Positions 12,141 to 24,619 of a stretch of DNA of 64,000 nucleotides are shown here, in pieces. The translations under genes were made by a program, and so were the position numbers. Every line of letters begins with the position of its first letter. The stretch's first letter is position 1. Below the pieces are notes generated by a model. The model ran no database searches, was not told the DNA's origin, and saw only the letters and a list, made by a program, of their open reading frames with translations. Source of the DNA: the human T2T-CHM13v2.0 reference genome, Homo sapiens; the NCBI RefSeq assembly GCF_009914755.1, contig NC_060940.1. One strand, given 5' to 3'.

Positions 12141-13204
12141 GTAGCCTCTTGGCCTCTGCCCTCGGTTCAGCTTCTGAATCCATTCAGTTTTATCTCACAG
12201 TCTCCAAAGGAACAGGTGAGGGGGAGAGGTCACCTCTGACCCTTGTTCCTCAGGAACCCACAGCTCGGAGGGGCAGCTGCGAGTCCAGGTTCCCCCAGCT
12301 GGGTGTGGCAGAGTGGGCATGATGCGGGGGTGGGTCTGTCCTCTGCCCTAGGGGCTCTCAGGCCCACTGGGCACTGACCCCAAGTGGATCCCAGCAGTCG
12401 GACGGCGAGGACCATGGAGGGAGTGCTGGGCTCCCTGGACTCCGGTCAGTGCCCATAGGCTGCTCTCAGTCCTGGCCTCACCCCATCCTGTGCAGGAGGA
12501 GCCCAGGGAGGCCTGGGCAAGGGGGGATGCGGCGCTGGGGCTCCTTCCCTCCCCTCCTGTTTGAGCTGATGTCACGCCTGCTCCTTGGCGCAACCTTACT
12601 CCCGGCTCAGGTGGGAGGGCAACCGAGTCGGCCTGGGTTCAAGTTCTCCAGAGTGCCGGCCCTCCACTCGAGTTCCCCTGCCCCGGGGAATGCCCTTTCC
12701 CTACACCTGCAATCCCCTGAGGGACGGGAGGAGGCCGGTAGTCCATGAGCATCTGTCACTGGCTGTGCGGCTCTGGGCGCTCTGGGCCAGTTACTGAACC
12801 GCACGTCCCTCCTTTTCTCTGACACCACAGGGACACATCTCAACCATGCTGGGCTGAACCCAGGAAAGGGCCCCATGGCAGCAGTGCCTCTTGTCCTCAC
12901 GTCTAGCAGAGGCGTCCATGGCAAGGGGCTGGCCTGGGAGCCTGGCTAGGTTGGGGGACTGAGGAAGCGCCTGGCTCCGACTTCCCAGCACTAGGACCAG
13001 GAGTGTCCTCGGCCCCTGCCGCTGTCTGGCCCCACCAGCCCTGATCTCACGGCAGCAGCAGCTTTCCTGGTTCTGGGCCACGTCGGTGTCTTCCTGGCAG
13101 CAGCAAACTCCTGTGCTCGGCTGGCCCCCCGTGGGTGCCTGTGAGCACTTGCAGAGCAGCTCAGCTATTGGTATTCCCACCACCCTCCCGCCCAGACCTC
13201 CGGG

Positions 13205-13598
13205 CACCCCTAGCCTCCCTGGGCCTCCCACCTAGACCTCAGCATGCCCTTGGCCTCCTCGGGCCTCCCGTCCTGGCCTCAGCACGCCCTTGGCCTCCCC
13301 GGGCCTCCCGTCCTGGCCTCAGCACGCCCTTGGCCTCCCCGGGCCTCCCGTCCTGGCCTCAGCATGCCCTTGGCCTCCCCGGGCCTCCCGTCCTGGGCTC
13401 AGCATGCCCTTGGCCTCCCCGGGCCTCCCGTCCTGGGCTCAGCATGCCCTTGGCCTCCCCGGACCTCCCGTCCTGGCCTCAGCATGCCCTTGGCCTCCCC
13501 GGGCCTCCCATCCTGGCCTCAGCATGCCCTTGGCCTCCCCGGGCCTCCCGTCCTGGCCTCAGCATGCCCTTGGCCTCCCCGGGCCTCCCGTCCTGGCC
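13205..13598. repeat. 40-bp GC-rich VNTR, about 10 copies (AGCATGCCCTTGGCCTCCCCGGGCCTCCCGTCCTGGCCTC)
   Basis: Exact 40-bp period. Confidence 0.97.
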
Positions 13599-13890
13599 TG
13601 CGTAGCCGTTGCTCTGCAGCTTCCTCTGTTGAACTTGTGCGTGGCACTCACGAGCCCAGGCTTTACTGAGCACATCCTGTGTGCCAGGCGTGGCCGGTGA
13701 CCAGCAGGTCGCCACGATGTGTGGACAGAAGTGCAGGGTGGGGGCTGACCCGTTGGTCACAGGGCAGTCAGCAGCTGAGCTTAGACTTCCGGAACCCAGG
13801 TCTCTGAACCCACAGCCCGTGTTTGGGTCACAGTGTGCTGCTGAGATGGGAGCGGGTGGAGGCGTGTGGCTGGGGTTTCCCAGGCGTGTG

Positions 13891-14317
13891 GATGGGCGCG
13901 GGGCTGGCCTGCCAGGGTGCAGCGATGGGCGCGGGGCTGGCCTGCCAGGGTGCAGCGATGGGCGCGGGGCTGGCCTGCCAGGGTGCAGCGATGGGCGCGG
14001 GGCTGGCCTGCCAGGGTGCAGCGATGGGCGCGGGGCTGGCCTGCCAGGGTGCAGCGATGGGCGCGGGGCTGGCCTGCCAGGGTGCAGCGATGGGCGCGGG
14101 GCTGGCCTGCCAGGGTGCAGCGATGGGCGCGGGGCTGGCCTGCCAGGGTGCAGCGATGGGCGCGGGGCTGGCCTGCCAGGGTGCAGCGATGGGCGCGGGG
14201 CTGGCCTGCCAGGGTGCAGCGATGGGCGTGGGGCTGGCCTGCCAGGGTGCAGCGATGGGCGTGGGGCTGGCCTGCCAGGGTGCAGTGATGGGTGTGGGGC
14301 TGGCCTGCCAGGGTGCA
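13891..14317. repeat. 33-bp G/CpG-rich VNTR, 13 copies (GATGGGCGCGGGGCTGGCCTGCCAGGGTGCAGC)
   Basis: Near-identical copies; only the last 3 diverge. Confidence 0.98.
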
Positions 14318-16019
14318 GACCCCATGCATCTGGTTGCTGTGAAGCTGCTGGGGGGAGCAGGAGGGGTCTGCACCAGGTCTCCAGGCTCTGCGGCCGTCAT
14401 GGAGAGAGCTTGAGGTTGCTCCTATTCACTGGAGACAGCCGTTGTGGGGTCTTCAACGCTGAGGCCCGTGGGCTCCTGGGTGACCTGTGTGGGGGGCATA
14501 GATTAGCCCTGAGTGGGCCCAGGCATGAGGGCGTCTTGGAACTCATCTAACCCAGGTGGCAAACAGGGGCCGCCCGACTGCCAGGGAGAATTGACGAGCA
14601 GTGGCGTCCTGGAATTCCCGTGAGGTGGCGGGAGAAGATTCTATGATTGATCCGTCATGCCTGCCGTGGCTCAGGATGGGACCGGCCTCTCAAGCTACAG
14701 ATCAAGAAACTGAGAAGGGAGTAGCCTAAAGTCACCATGAGAGTGGCCAGGTCTGGGCCGGCCTGGCCTCCACCCCGCAGAGACCATCTCAGCTCTGCTC
14801 GCTCAGCCTCGTCCCCGCCTCTGACATCCTTCCATTCCCGCTCATGGCCCTCTCTGTCTGCCACCACCCTCCCCGCCATGGGTGCTTAAAGCCCCCGGCA
14901 GCTGCCCTCCCGTCCCCCAACATGGCCCTTCCTGACATGCCAGCCCCTCCCAGCAGCAGAGCCTTCCCTGTCCTGAAGAAGACGGAGCCGAGCTCTGCCA
15001 TCCAGGCGGCATCTGTGCACAACAGGAACACGGGGACCCCGTGCAAGCCTCATGGCTGCCATCAGGAGACATGACAGCGGGTGGCTCCTGTCCAGCACCT
15101 CCCGGGCTGGGGCAGGGCCGTGCAAAACACCATGCGCTCTCCCCATTTGGTCTCACAAGTGCCTGGGGGTGTCGAATGCAGGTGGATGATCATTTCTATA
15201 TAGAAACACAGATGTGGAAACCATCTCCTGGGAGAACCGGTATTGCCAGGTTGGTGTGGGGCACCAGGCCCTTTCCAAGGGGATGCGCTGCAGACCTCTT
15301 AGTAACCCTTAGAATTATTCTCCACTCCACAGACTAGACAGGGGCGAGGAGCAGTTGGGCTGTTTGCTGGCACAGGCCGCAATCCACCATCCGAGCCCTG
15401 CACAAGCCTTCCCGACTTCTGAGACCTCACAAGCCCTCACTCAAATCGGGTCAGGATAAATGGCCCAGACTCCCCAAGGGTCTCTGGTGTGGCCCTAGGC
15501 CCCAGGACCTTCCAGTCACCTGCACCCTCGCTTGGAGAAGCATGCTTACCCTACAAGGCCCAGGGAAGATACCACCTCCTACAGGAAGCCTGCCTTGACT
15601 CCCCCAGTGGACGCTTACTCTCCCTGACTCAAAGGTTCTGCAGGACCTCACCCTCTGCCGGCTGCCCCTGTCACCCTGGTGTGGGGGCAGCGTGTGTGCC
15701 CCCCCTCTACCCAGCACTGTACTGATGCCCGATCTGGGGCTGGGGGAGCATTGTGGAGAAAATAGATGAACACTGTGGATCCAGGTGTCTCTGGCTCCTG
15801 AAAACTGCAGGTGAGGACCAGCCGAGGAGGGCGTCCCCAGCAGCCCCTGTCCGTACATGTTTGGCACCCAGACAGCCCCCATGTGGTCCTTGCAAAGAAA
15901 GGGGGCTGTGGCTGAGCCCAGCACATTGTGTGCAGGGACCGCCCTGGAGTGGACGCAGCGGGAGGGCTGGCCGCACCTCCCATGCACACCCTCTCCCCCA
16001 AGCCCCAGACGCGGAGCAG

Positions 16020-16260
16020 GAAAGAGTTAAGTCCTCTGTGAGCAACTGTGTGAAGGAAGTGGTAAACAATTTTTCTCTCCCTCGGCTAAATTAATATGCA
16101 AATTCCCAAGCCCCCCTCCATTCCCTTCCCCTGCCTTGAAATTAGCGAGGTAGAATGCTTGGGCTAATTATGCATTCAAACGAGCAGGCTGCGTTCGCCC
16201 GGCACTAAGAAGATGCGGAAAATGATTGTGAGAAGATGGAATTGACATTCGAACGCGGCC
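16020..16260. promoter_or_regulatory. Candidate enhancer or conserved element with FOX, SOX and POU sites
   Basis: GTAAACAAT at 16062-16070, ATGCAAAT at 16096-16103, TAATTATGCAT at 16165-16175. Confidence 0.5.
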
Positions 16261-17526
16261 CTCCCAGTGCATCTGGAGCCACTCTCCTGCATCCAGCAGA
16301 TGGAACCCGGCAGTGACCGCCGGCCACCCCCTGGCCCGGGAAAGGGCTGCAGCAACTAGCAGTCGGCTCTGCACCCTGGTCCAAGGTGAGGGAAGAGGGG
16401 GGCCCATGAGCAACCATCTAGACCCCCTTTTCCCCACTGCGGAACCCCACGTTGCCAGCCTGGCACATAGAGCTTCCCCAGGAGCCTTTGGTGCTCATAT
16501 CCAGAGGTCAGAACCTCAGATGGGGGTGCTAGGGTGAAGGCCATGGCAGGCGGCAGGAGCCACAGAGGCTGGACTGGGTCCAGACAGGCGGCCTCAGGCC
16601 AGCCGTGTGAAGCAGAGCCTGGAGCTCTGCCAAGGGGCCTCCATGCAGGGCGGGTGGGGGCGGCAGGGCACTTGGGACCCTCGCTGCAGCCACCCTCACC
16701 ACCAGCCCCGACAGCCACGGCCCCTCCCAAGCAGATGTGCTATAAATTGCCATTGTAAGTAAAATTTTGCTTCAGAACGGAGTTTCTCTGCAAAGTCGGA
16801 GTTTGACTAAGAGGGAAACAGAGGCCAGAGGCTGCCTGGCATCAGAGATGGGCGGGGCCAGTAAGGAGCAGGCAGGCTCGGGAGCCGTGACTCTGAAAGC
16901 TAAGACGGGCCAGACTGGAACCCTTTCTCACAGGGCCTCGCTCTGCATTTACTGGAGAAACCCAACCTTCCTGCCTGTGGGGGCCTGTCCTACCCCATTC
17001 TTCCAGCCACCTCCTACCACACGACACAGGAGCCCTCAGTTTGCACACCATGGGGCCCTCTCCTGGCACGTCCTCTTCCTCACCTCTGTCTCAGGTAACC
17101 AGTCTCAGGGCCCTGTCCAGACCGACTGCCTCTGCCCAGCCTTCTGTCTCTCCCCTCGCTCCCTGGGCCACTGCTCTTGTGAAGCTTCATGAGGCCTCTT
17201 TTATTCTTGTGGAGCATGGACGCTTAACATTCCCAAAGTCCAGCATGTCTTTCCCACTTGTCTCTAAACACCTGCAGGACACAGCTTTGTGCTGGATCTC
17301 TGGAGCACCCATGGCACCTGGTCCTGACCTTAGCTTTCTTAAAGACCTGTCCATGGGGACGCTGATGAAAGGATTGGTTAGGCAGCCCCCAATCTGCTAG
17401 ACATGCTATTTGTAGCTGCACATGAGAAGGAGGCTCCTTTTGGAAATGTGTGCCCAGCACTTCCGAGGAAGTCCTGGGAGGATCCACACACTGATCCAAG
17501 TCCACTCACGCTGCAAGCAGCAGCAT

Positions 17527-18379
17527 TATCATCACCATCATCATCATCCCCACCATCACCATCATCATCATCACACCATCATCTCCACCATCATCATCAC
17601 CATCATCATCACCATCATCACTATCATCATCATCACCATCATCATCACCATCACCATAATCATCACCATCATCATCATCATCACCATCATCACCACCATC
17701 ACCACCATCACCACCATCATCATCATCATCACCACCATCATCATCATCACCATCATCCCCACAGTCATCACCATCCCCATCATCGCCACCATCACCACCA
17801 TCATCATCACCATCATCATCATCACCATCATCATCCCCACAGTCATCACCATCCCCATGATCACCATCATCATCACCATCATCATCATCATGCCCATCAT
17901 CACCACCATCATCACCACCATCATCACCATCATCCCCATCATCACCACCATCACCACACCATCATCACCATCATCCCCATCATCACCACCATCATCACCA
18001 CCATCATCATCACCATCATCCCCATCATCACCACCATCACCACACCATCATCATCACCATCATCCCCATCATCACCACCATCACCATCATCATCACCACC
18101 ATCATCACCATCATCACCACCAACATCACCATCATCACCACCATCATCATCACCATCATCACCATCATCATCACCATCCCCATCATCACCATCATCACCA
18201 TCATCATCACTATCACCATCACCACCATCCCCACAGTCATCACCATCCGTCATCATCACCATCATCACCATCATCATCACCATCATCATCACTATCACCA
18301 TCACCACCATCCCCACAGTCATCACCATCCCTATCATCACCATCATCATTATCCCCATCCTCACCATCATCATCATCAC
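17527..18379. repeat. Imperfect (CAT/CAC)n trinucleotide tract of about 850 bp
   Basis: catcaccatcatc...; produces the poly-His, Ile/Thr and Ser/Pro ORFs. Confidence 0.98.
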
Positions 18380-18600
18380 AACAATCCTTACCCGTTTTCT
18401 GGGCATTCACTTGGTACCAGACATCATACAGAAAGGTTTAGACACAGGATCACTTTGAATCTGCACAGCTCTTTTGAGGTATGTACTATTATTATCGTCA
18501 GTCTACAGATGAAGAAAGTGAGGTCCCTAGCTAGTGATAGAGCCTGAACTTGAACCTAGGTCCTTCTGACACCAAAATTCCAAGTTCATAGCTCTATATT
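18380..18600 (-). mobile_element. MIR fragment
   Basis: gaggtatgtactattattatc...tacagatgaagaaagtgagg...ttgaacctaggtccttctgac. Confidence 0.75.
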
Positions 18601-19086
18601 CTTCTCCCCATTTCCTCATGGACATGCCTTCCAGTGAGGGGACAAAGACCAAAGGAGTGGCTCATCCAAGCATAAATGGAGACCTCTGAGGCCAGAGCTT
18701 AAGTCACGACCTGAGGGGTTTAGATTAGACTAAACCCAAGACTTTCAAATAATGTGTGTTTTTAGTTCTCAGAATAACCAAGAGGAAGTGTTTTAGCAAC
18801 TACAGAGATTCTTGCCTCTCCCAGAATGTGTAAAGACCAGCAGGCTGATGGATTGTGGGTGAGTCAGACCCAGCCCGGTGGCCTTATGGTGCAACCTGAT
18901 AGGTGTGCCCTTGCCAGGCAGGCCGGCAGGTAGGTCAGGGGCCTGGGGTCTCAGGACGTAGAGACTGTCCCTGCCCTCAGTTGGAGAGGACTGCAGACCC
19001 CTTCACTCCCTGACCTGGAGGAAGATGTGTGAGTCTGGGCTGTGGGGGTCACAGAAGCAGCAGGTGGCCTGTCTGCAGGTCCTAGG

Positions 19087-19322
19087 CCAAGGGCTGACTG
19101 GGTCCGGTGACATCCTTTGTGCTGGCGTTAGTTTCCCTCTCTATCCAAGGGCTGACTGGGTCTGGTGACACACTTTCTGCTGGCCTCAGTTTCCCTCTCT
19201 ATCCAAGGGCTGACTGGGTCCAGTGACATCCTTTCTGCTGGCCTCAGTTTCCCTCTGTATCCAAGGGCTGTGACTGGGTCAGGTGACATGCTTTCTGCTG
19301 GCCTCAGTTTCCCTCTCTATCC
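19087..19322. repeat. 58-bp tandem repeat, 4 copies, derived from MIR core
   Basis: ccaagg at 19087, 19145, 19203 and 19261; unit contains ggcctcagtttccctctct; followed by MIR3/MIRc-like ttggactagat. Confidence 0.9.
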
Positions 19323-20299
19323 CATTAGAGTGTTGGACTAGATATTCTCCAATGACCCTTTTCTTGCCTAAAGTTTTGTCATTCCAAGTGCAGAATGCTG
19401 TTAATTTGTCCATCTGTCCATCCATCCAAACCCCAAAAGCTTTCACTGGAGGTGTCTGAGTGCACGGCCCTGACGTCTGAAGGAGGCGCAGGTCTAGAAG
19501 ACATAATGCCAGAGCGGCCCTCGTACCCACAGAGGAGAAGCAGAAGCTCAGAACCTATGGCCAAAGCAAGACACAGGCGGGGAAGTGCCATGTCCTCAGA
19601 ACCCAGGAGTGCCGGTGGAACAAGCACCTCCGCCCGCCTCCCACCTGCTTCCTTCCTGCCATCCAGGGAGAACAGCCCTGGTTTCCAGGTAGAGGCATCC
19701 AGAGCTTCTGTGCCAGCCCCAACGGCCACACAGATGGATGATGGTGTTAAGTACTCATCAGCTGCAGTGAGGCTCCTGGAGCCGCCCATGAGGATGTAAG
19801 GTGCAATGTGCACCTCGCTCCTAACACCCAGGGCAGACGTTTGTCAGTGCGGGAATGGCAGGCGGGGGAGGAAGGCAGATCGTCCCGAGGCGTGCATCTC
19901 GAAGCCACCTACAGTGCTCATCAACAGGGAGCAGCAGCTCTGAGCAGCCCAGGAGTGGGTGCCAGCCGAAGTCAACAGGCAGGCGGGTAAATGCGTCCCA
20001 GCGCGGGGAGGGCTTGGAGAAAGGCCTGGAGCGTGACCCCTGCGTAAAGAAGAAAAGTGGCCGTTCTAGGAGAGGAGCAGTGAGACCCCAGGCTTTGTGG
20101 CGGGATGGGCCCCAGAGCACATTTTGGGGGCCTGGTGGGGTGATGGCAGCTGAGACAGGACAAGGCCGCTGGACCCCACAGGCAGTGGCCTCGGGTCTGA
20201 GGGAGGCTGTCCCAGTGGCCACCACACCTGGCCAGGCAGGGCCGTCAGGTGGGACCTAGGGGTGGTCACTGACTACTCTGGGCAGGCGCCTCCAGGAGG

Positions 20300-20720
20300 G
20301 GAGGGGAGTCCCAGCACCTGCTCACTTCACTTCCTGGAACCGCCTCCCGCCTGGAGGGCCGGCGCTGCTGGGGGCCAGGGCTGGGATGCTTTGTCCCTCC
20401 ACGGGGACGGGGACGTATGGCCTCGCTGATTCTCCGCGCAGCCGCTCATTCTGGTGCAGCTGCCGCGCCGCCCTCCAGGCGCTGGGTAACTCCGGGCTGC
20501 AGTGCTTCTGCACATTAACACCATTTGTTCCGTGGAACGTGCTTTATTTCCACACCACACGCAGAGCTTATTACCCCGCCAGCAGCTCAGGGAGCAAGAC
20601 GGCTGGGACCTGGGGAGGCGGAGGGACGACGCGGCCCAAGCCCCCTCCCCCCGCGCGTCCCAGCCCACTGCCCGCATGGGGGAGGGGCACTGGCCGGATC
20701 CCTGGGCAGTGAGCTCAGGA
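20300..20720. promoter_or_regulatory. Small CpG-dense non-repeat cluster
   Basis: Many CpGs (ccgcgcagccgc, gccgcgccgc, gacgacgcggc); not quantified. Confidence 0.35.
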
Positions 20721-23700
20721 GGGCTGGGGCGTCCCAGTCAGGGAGCTGGTTCCCGGGAGGGTCCTCGCTGCTTGTGTGGCCCTGGTGACGATGCCGGGGC
20801 TCCTGGATAGATGCGCCCAGGCAGCTTCTTTTCTGGCTCTGCGGCCTCAGGGAAGCAACATGGCCTCTCTGAACTTCTGTCTCCCGAAATGTGGAGGCTG
20901 AGACTGTCTCTGTGAATGGTAGGGTAACTGTTTCCCTGCCACTGTAGGTGACAGTTAAGGTCGAGATGACCGCTAAAGACAAAGGCTTGACCCAGAGGCC
21001 AGGAGCAAGGGGGCGCGGGAATCACAGAGACTGGGGCAGCCCTAGATCCCCCGGGTAAGCCTTTTGGGCCCCTGCCTGCACAGCAGAGCAGAGCCCAGGG
21101 TGAGCCACGCAGGCGCGTGGAGAGGGCACCCCATGTGGGGCAGACTCCCGCTCAGAGGGGCCTCGCTGTGGCCACCACCTACAGACCAGAACCCGGGGCC
21201 GGGGTCTCATGGACCTCCTGACTGAGGAGACCTAGCAGAGCCAGACAGGGCCTGTGGACCGAGCAGAGGCTGGTGTGGACTCGGCTGGGGCCCGCTCCCT
21301 TCTCCTTTGACCTGGGGCACAAAGGTCCCCTCTGTGTAGGACTCACTGACTGGCCGCTTTCTACTCCTCACACAGTTCCCAGGCCCTGGAACTTTCCATC
21401 CGTCTTGTCCTTCTTGCCCTCACCACCCCTGCCCCGAGGTCCTCCGCCCACATGACCTGGTGGGGGCTGGCGTGAATACCTGGAGCGCAAGGCTGGGCAG
21501 GTTTTGCTCAACGTCATGAAGTCTGATCTCCACGCACAGAACCCGGCGTGGTGCCCACACCGTGTGCGTGAGCACAGGGACAGAGGTGTGGACGGATGAC
21601 ATCGGGTGACTGCAAGACCAGGCTGGCCACCATGCAGCTAGGGGCGAGGTGGACTCCAGGAGCCTGGTCTTGTTGGCATGGGGTAAGGAGCTCTTGGCCA
21701 CCAAGGTACTGAAGTAAGAGGTAGGGAGAACCCCTCCTCCCTGGGCCTGTGAGGGTGGTCCTGGACACACAGGTACTGGCTCCCTCCTATGCGGGGTGGC
21801 GGCTGCCCTCCCTCCAGAGCCCAGCCCCAGGGCTGATGTGCCCGCACAGCTGGCACTGGGCTCTCGGGAGGCGGAGGCGGCAGGGAGGCCTCTGGGCTGG
21901 GGGAGGGCGCAGCAGCTGGACCCCTGACCCTTAGCAGAGCAAAGGGGAGGCGGAGGCCCAGCCACTGTCTCGGGAGGCACAGTGGGCGGCCGGGGTTGGC
22001 ACAGGGGGAGGGGCTGGCCGGGCGCCCACTCCTTCCTAGGGTTTGTTGGGAGGCCAGCTCCCTCTCCATGGTGCGTGGAGCTGCAGAAGGCTTTATGTCA
22101 AGAGGCAGAAAGGCCCATGAATATTTCATTAGGGAAGCGATGTGAGGCTGCCAGGAACATCTGGCAGGAGTCTCTAGGGAGCTCCGAGCCGGCGCGGGAA
22201 GCAGGGACTGTGAAATTCGGAGGTGGAGGGAGGAGGGCTGCGGCAGGCAGCAGGGTCCCCTGTTCTGCTGTGGCCCAGCAAGGCTGCGCCCCTGACAAAG
22301 ACCAGCCCTGTGCAGGGGCAGCTGTGGGTGAAACAGTGGGGGTGATGGCAGGGCCAACTTCCTCGATCCCGGGACAGCCCCCTGCCCACCCTTCCTACTC
22401 AGGCCCATGGCCGGGTCAGAGCAGCTGAGGGTGGGAAGGGGCCTGAGAGACAGTCTTGACCTGGGTCAGGCAGGGCTGGAATGGGGCGCCGCAGGGGCGG
22501 CACACACCCGGGGCATGGGACGGGGCTGTGGTTGGGGCCGGAGGGACCTGCACCTGTTGCTGGAAGCCCAGTGGGCAGCCAGGACCCCGGAAGCCCCTCA
22601 GTGGGTGAGGTGCCTGCTGGGTGTTCAGGCCTGCAGGTGAGGGGTGGGGGGTGAGAGGTTGGGGGGGGGACCTTGCCCAGCAGAGCGGGAGAAGCCCGGT
22701 CCCCAGTCTCCATCGTGGGGGCCGCAGCTTCCAGCTTGTCCCACCCTCCATGCCATTTTCAGGTCCCCTGGGGCCCTCGAGGGAGGGGCATCCACTCATG
22801 CCACTCTCCTCACGACTGAGGCCTGGGACCCACAGGTGCTGCCATCCCACCCAGTGCAGACCCAAGCCAGGGTTCCAGCCAGCACCTCGCCCATCTAAGT
22901 CTCCTCTGGGAATCCTGGAATGTGTTGTGCCCCGCCCCCCACCCCTGAGCCTGAGGGGCCAGGGCCACTGCTGTGTCCCCAAATCCCCGGAGCCCCCCTG
23001 CCTGAGTGTTTATCCCACTGACACCCATGCTGGGGCCCACCCTGCCCGCCCTCCACGCCTGTGCCATCTGAGGGCAGGGACTGCAGGGCCGGGTCCAGGC
23101 GGCCACTGGGGAAGCTCACCTGCGCCAAGGCCCACCCGGGATGACCCCACCGCCAGCACTTCCAAGGGGAAGCCCCCGTCATGAAGTGTTGGCCAGAGTC
23201 GGACTGAAGCCGCCACAGCAGCGCCTCCCGGGGCTTAAGGGGAAGAGGAGGCTGAGGATGGCCAGTCCCTGGGAGCCCCGCCGCACCTCCGCCCCCGGGA
23301 TGTCTCAGGCTGGGCCTCTGCGGGGCTCTGAGCCTTTCCCTGAAGCTCTGAAGCACAGCCCAGACCCCTCGTGGGCCTTCAGTCCTGCCGGCTCTGTCCG
23401 ACCCCAGGACCCTGTGTTCCCGACCTCTGCCCGACCCCTGGGCGTCTGGACCAGATGACCACTGCCCTCCCCCGCCCCCCCAGCCCTCCCTGCCCCTCAG
23501 CCCAGCCCGGGCTCCTGACCTTGGCCTCAGAGGCCCCTCCTAGCCCCTTCAAGGTGGAGGCTCCTGTGGGCCAGCCCGACTCTAGGCTCGGAGTTTTAAG
23601 GTCCATGGGCCTAACCTCCTCCCGGGCTTGGAGGAGCTGGGGGCCCAGCCACCCAGCCATCTTTACCCCAGCCCCTGCCCATGTGCTCTAATCGCCCCTC

Positions 23701-24619
23701 CAGTGCAACCTTCTTTCTGGGACTGGATTGGCTGCCCAGAGCATTGACTGGGACAGCGGCCAGCCCAGAGCCCCCGGCACAGCCAGGGCCCCTCTGTGCC
23801 ATGCTCCTGCCAGGGCATGGGTCTGGTGCCAGCCTCTGCCAGCTGATGCTGTGGCTGGCAGCCTCTGCCATCCTGCTCGCCATGGATCACGCTGAGGGGC
23901 CACAGCCAGACGCCGGGACTAACACCCCCAGCCCTGCCAGCTCCACGCTGGCCCACCTGGGTGTCACCCACCTTTCTGCAGGTGAAAATCCCCTCTCCCA
24001 CGGCCCCCAGCTCTTTCTGCCCAGCCTGTAATTGCTGGGAAGGGCAGCAGGACTTTGCCTTGGAGCTGCTGGGGAGTCCCTCACCTCGGGCTCCTTCCCA
24101 CCCTCAGCAGCTGGGCTTGCTGCACCGTCACCCGCACTCCTGCTACCACACGTTTGGCGTCTGTCCCATCGTTCCGCACAGGCTCTGAGGCACCAAGCCA
24201 GGCTGGGAGCAAGAGGTGGGGCGGGGGCTCCGGGAAGACGAGAGGGAAGGCAGACGCACTCCCCTAGGAGCCCTGGGCCCCAAGATACAGCCCTGCAGCC
24301 CACGCATGGGGACAGCGACCAACATTTGGGGACCATCTGGGGGACTATACGGAACTGGGCAGAGGAGACCTGGCCCTGGGGGCCCACAGGGCATCAGGCG
24401 GAGGTGATGTGGCCGACCCCATGCTGGCCCCACCGAGCCCACCCAACCGAGCTCCCTGGAGGACGAAGGGCCAAGCACAGCTGGAAACAGGCCCCAGGGC
24501 GACGCTGGGGAAGCCGAGAGGAGCCGTCCTCTACCAGGCTGGCCCAGAACCCTGCGGGATTCAGCCCTCCCTGATGCTGCCACGCCCTGCAACCCAGAGC
24601 CAGGCCAAGATCCGGCCCC

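Noticed and set aside
13241-13570. p53 response element array (AGCATGCCC)
   Set aside because: Only single imperfect half-sites 40 bp apart, with no adjacent second half-site.
17403-18458. 351-aa poly-His/Ser-Pro ORF and overlapping ORFs
   Set aside because: Translation artefact of the (CAT/CAC)n tract; no exon structure or domain.
20322-20513. Possible minus-strand exon ending at a GTGAG donor
   Set aside because: The acceptor has no polypyrimidine tract, the peptide is unrecognisable, and no partner exons are visible.
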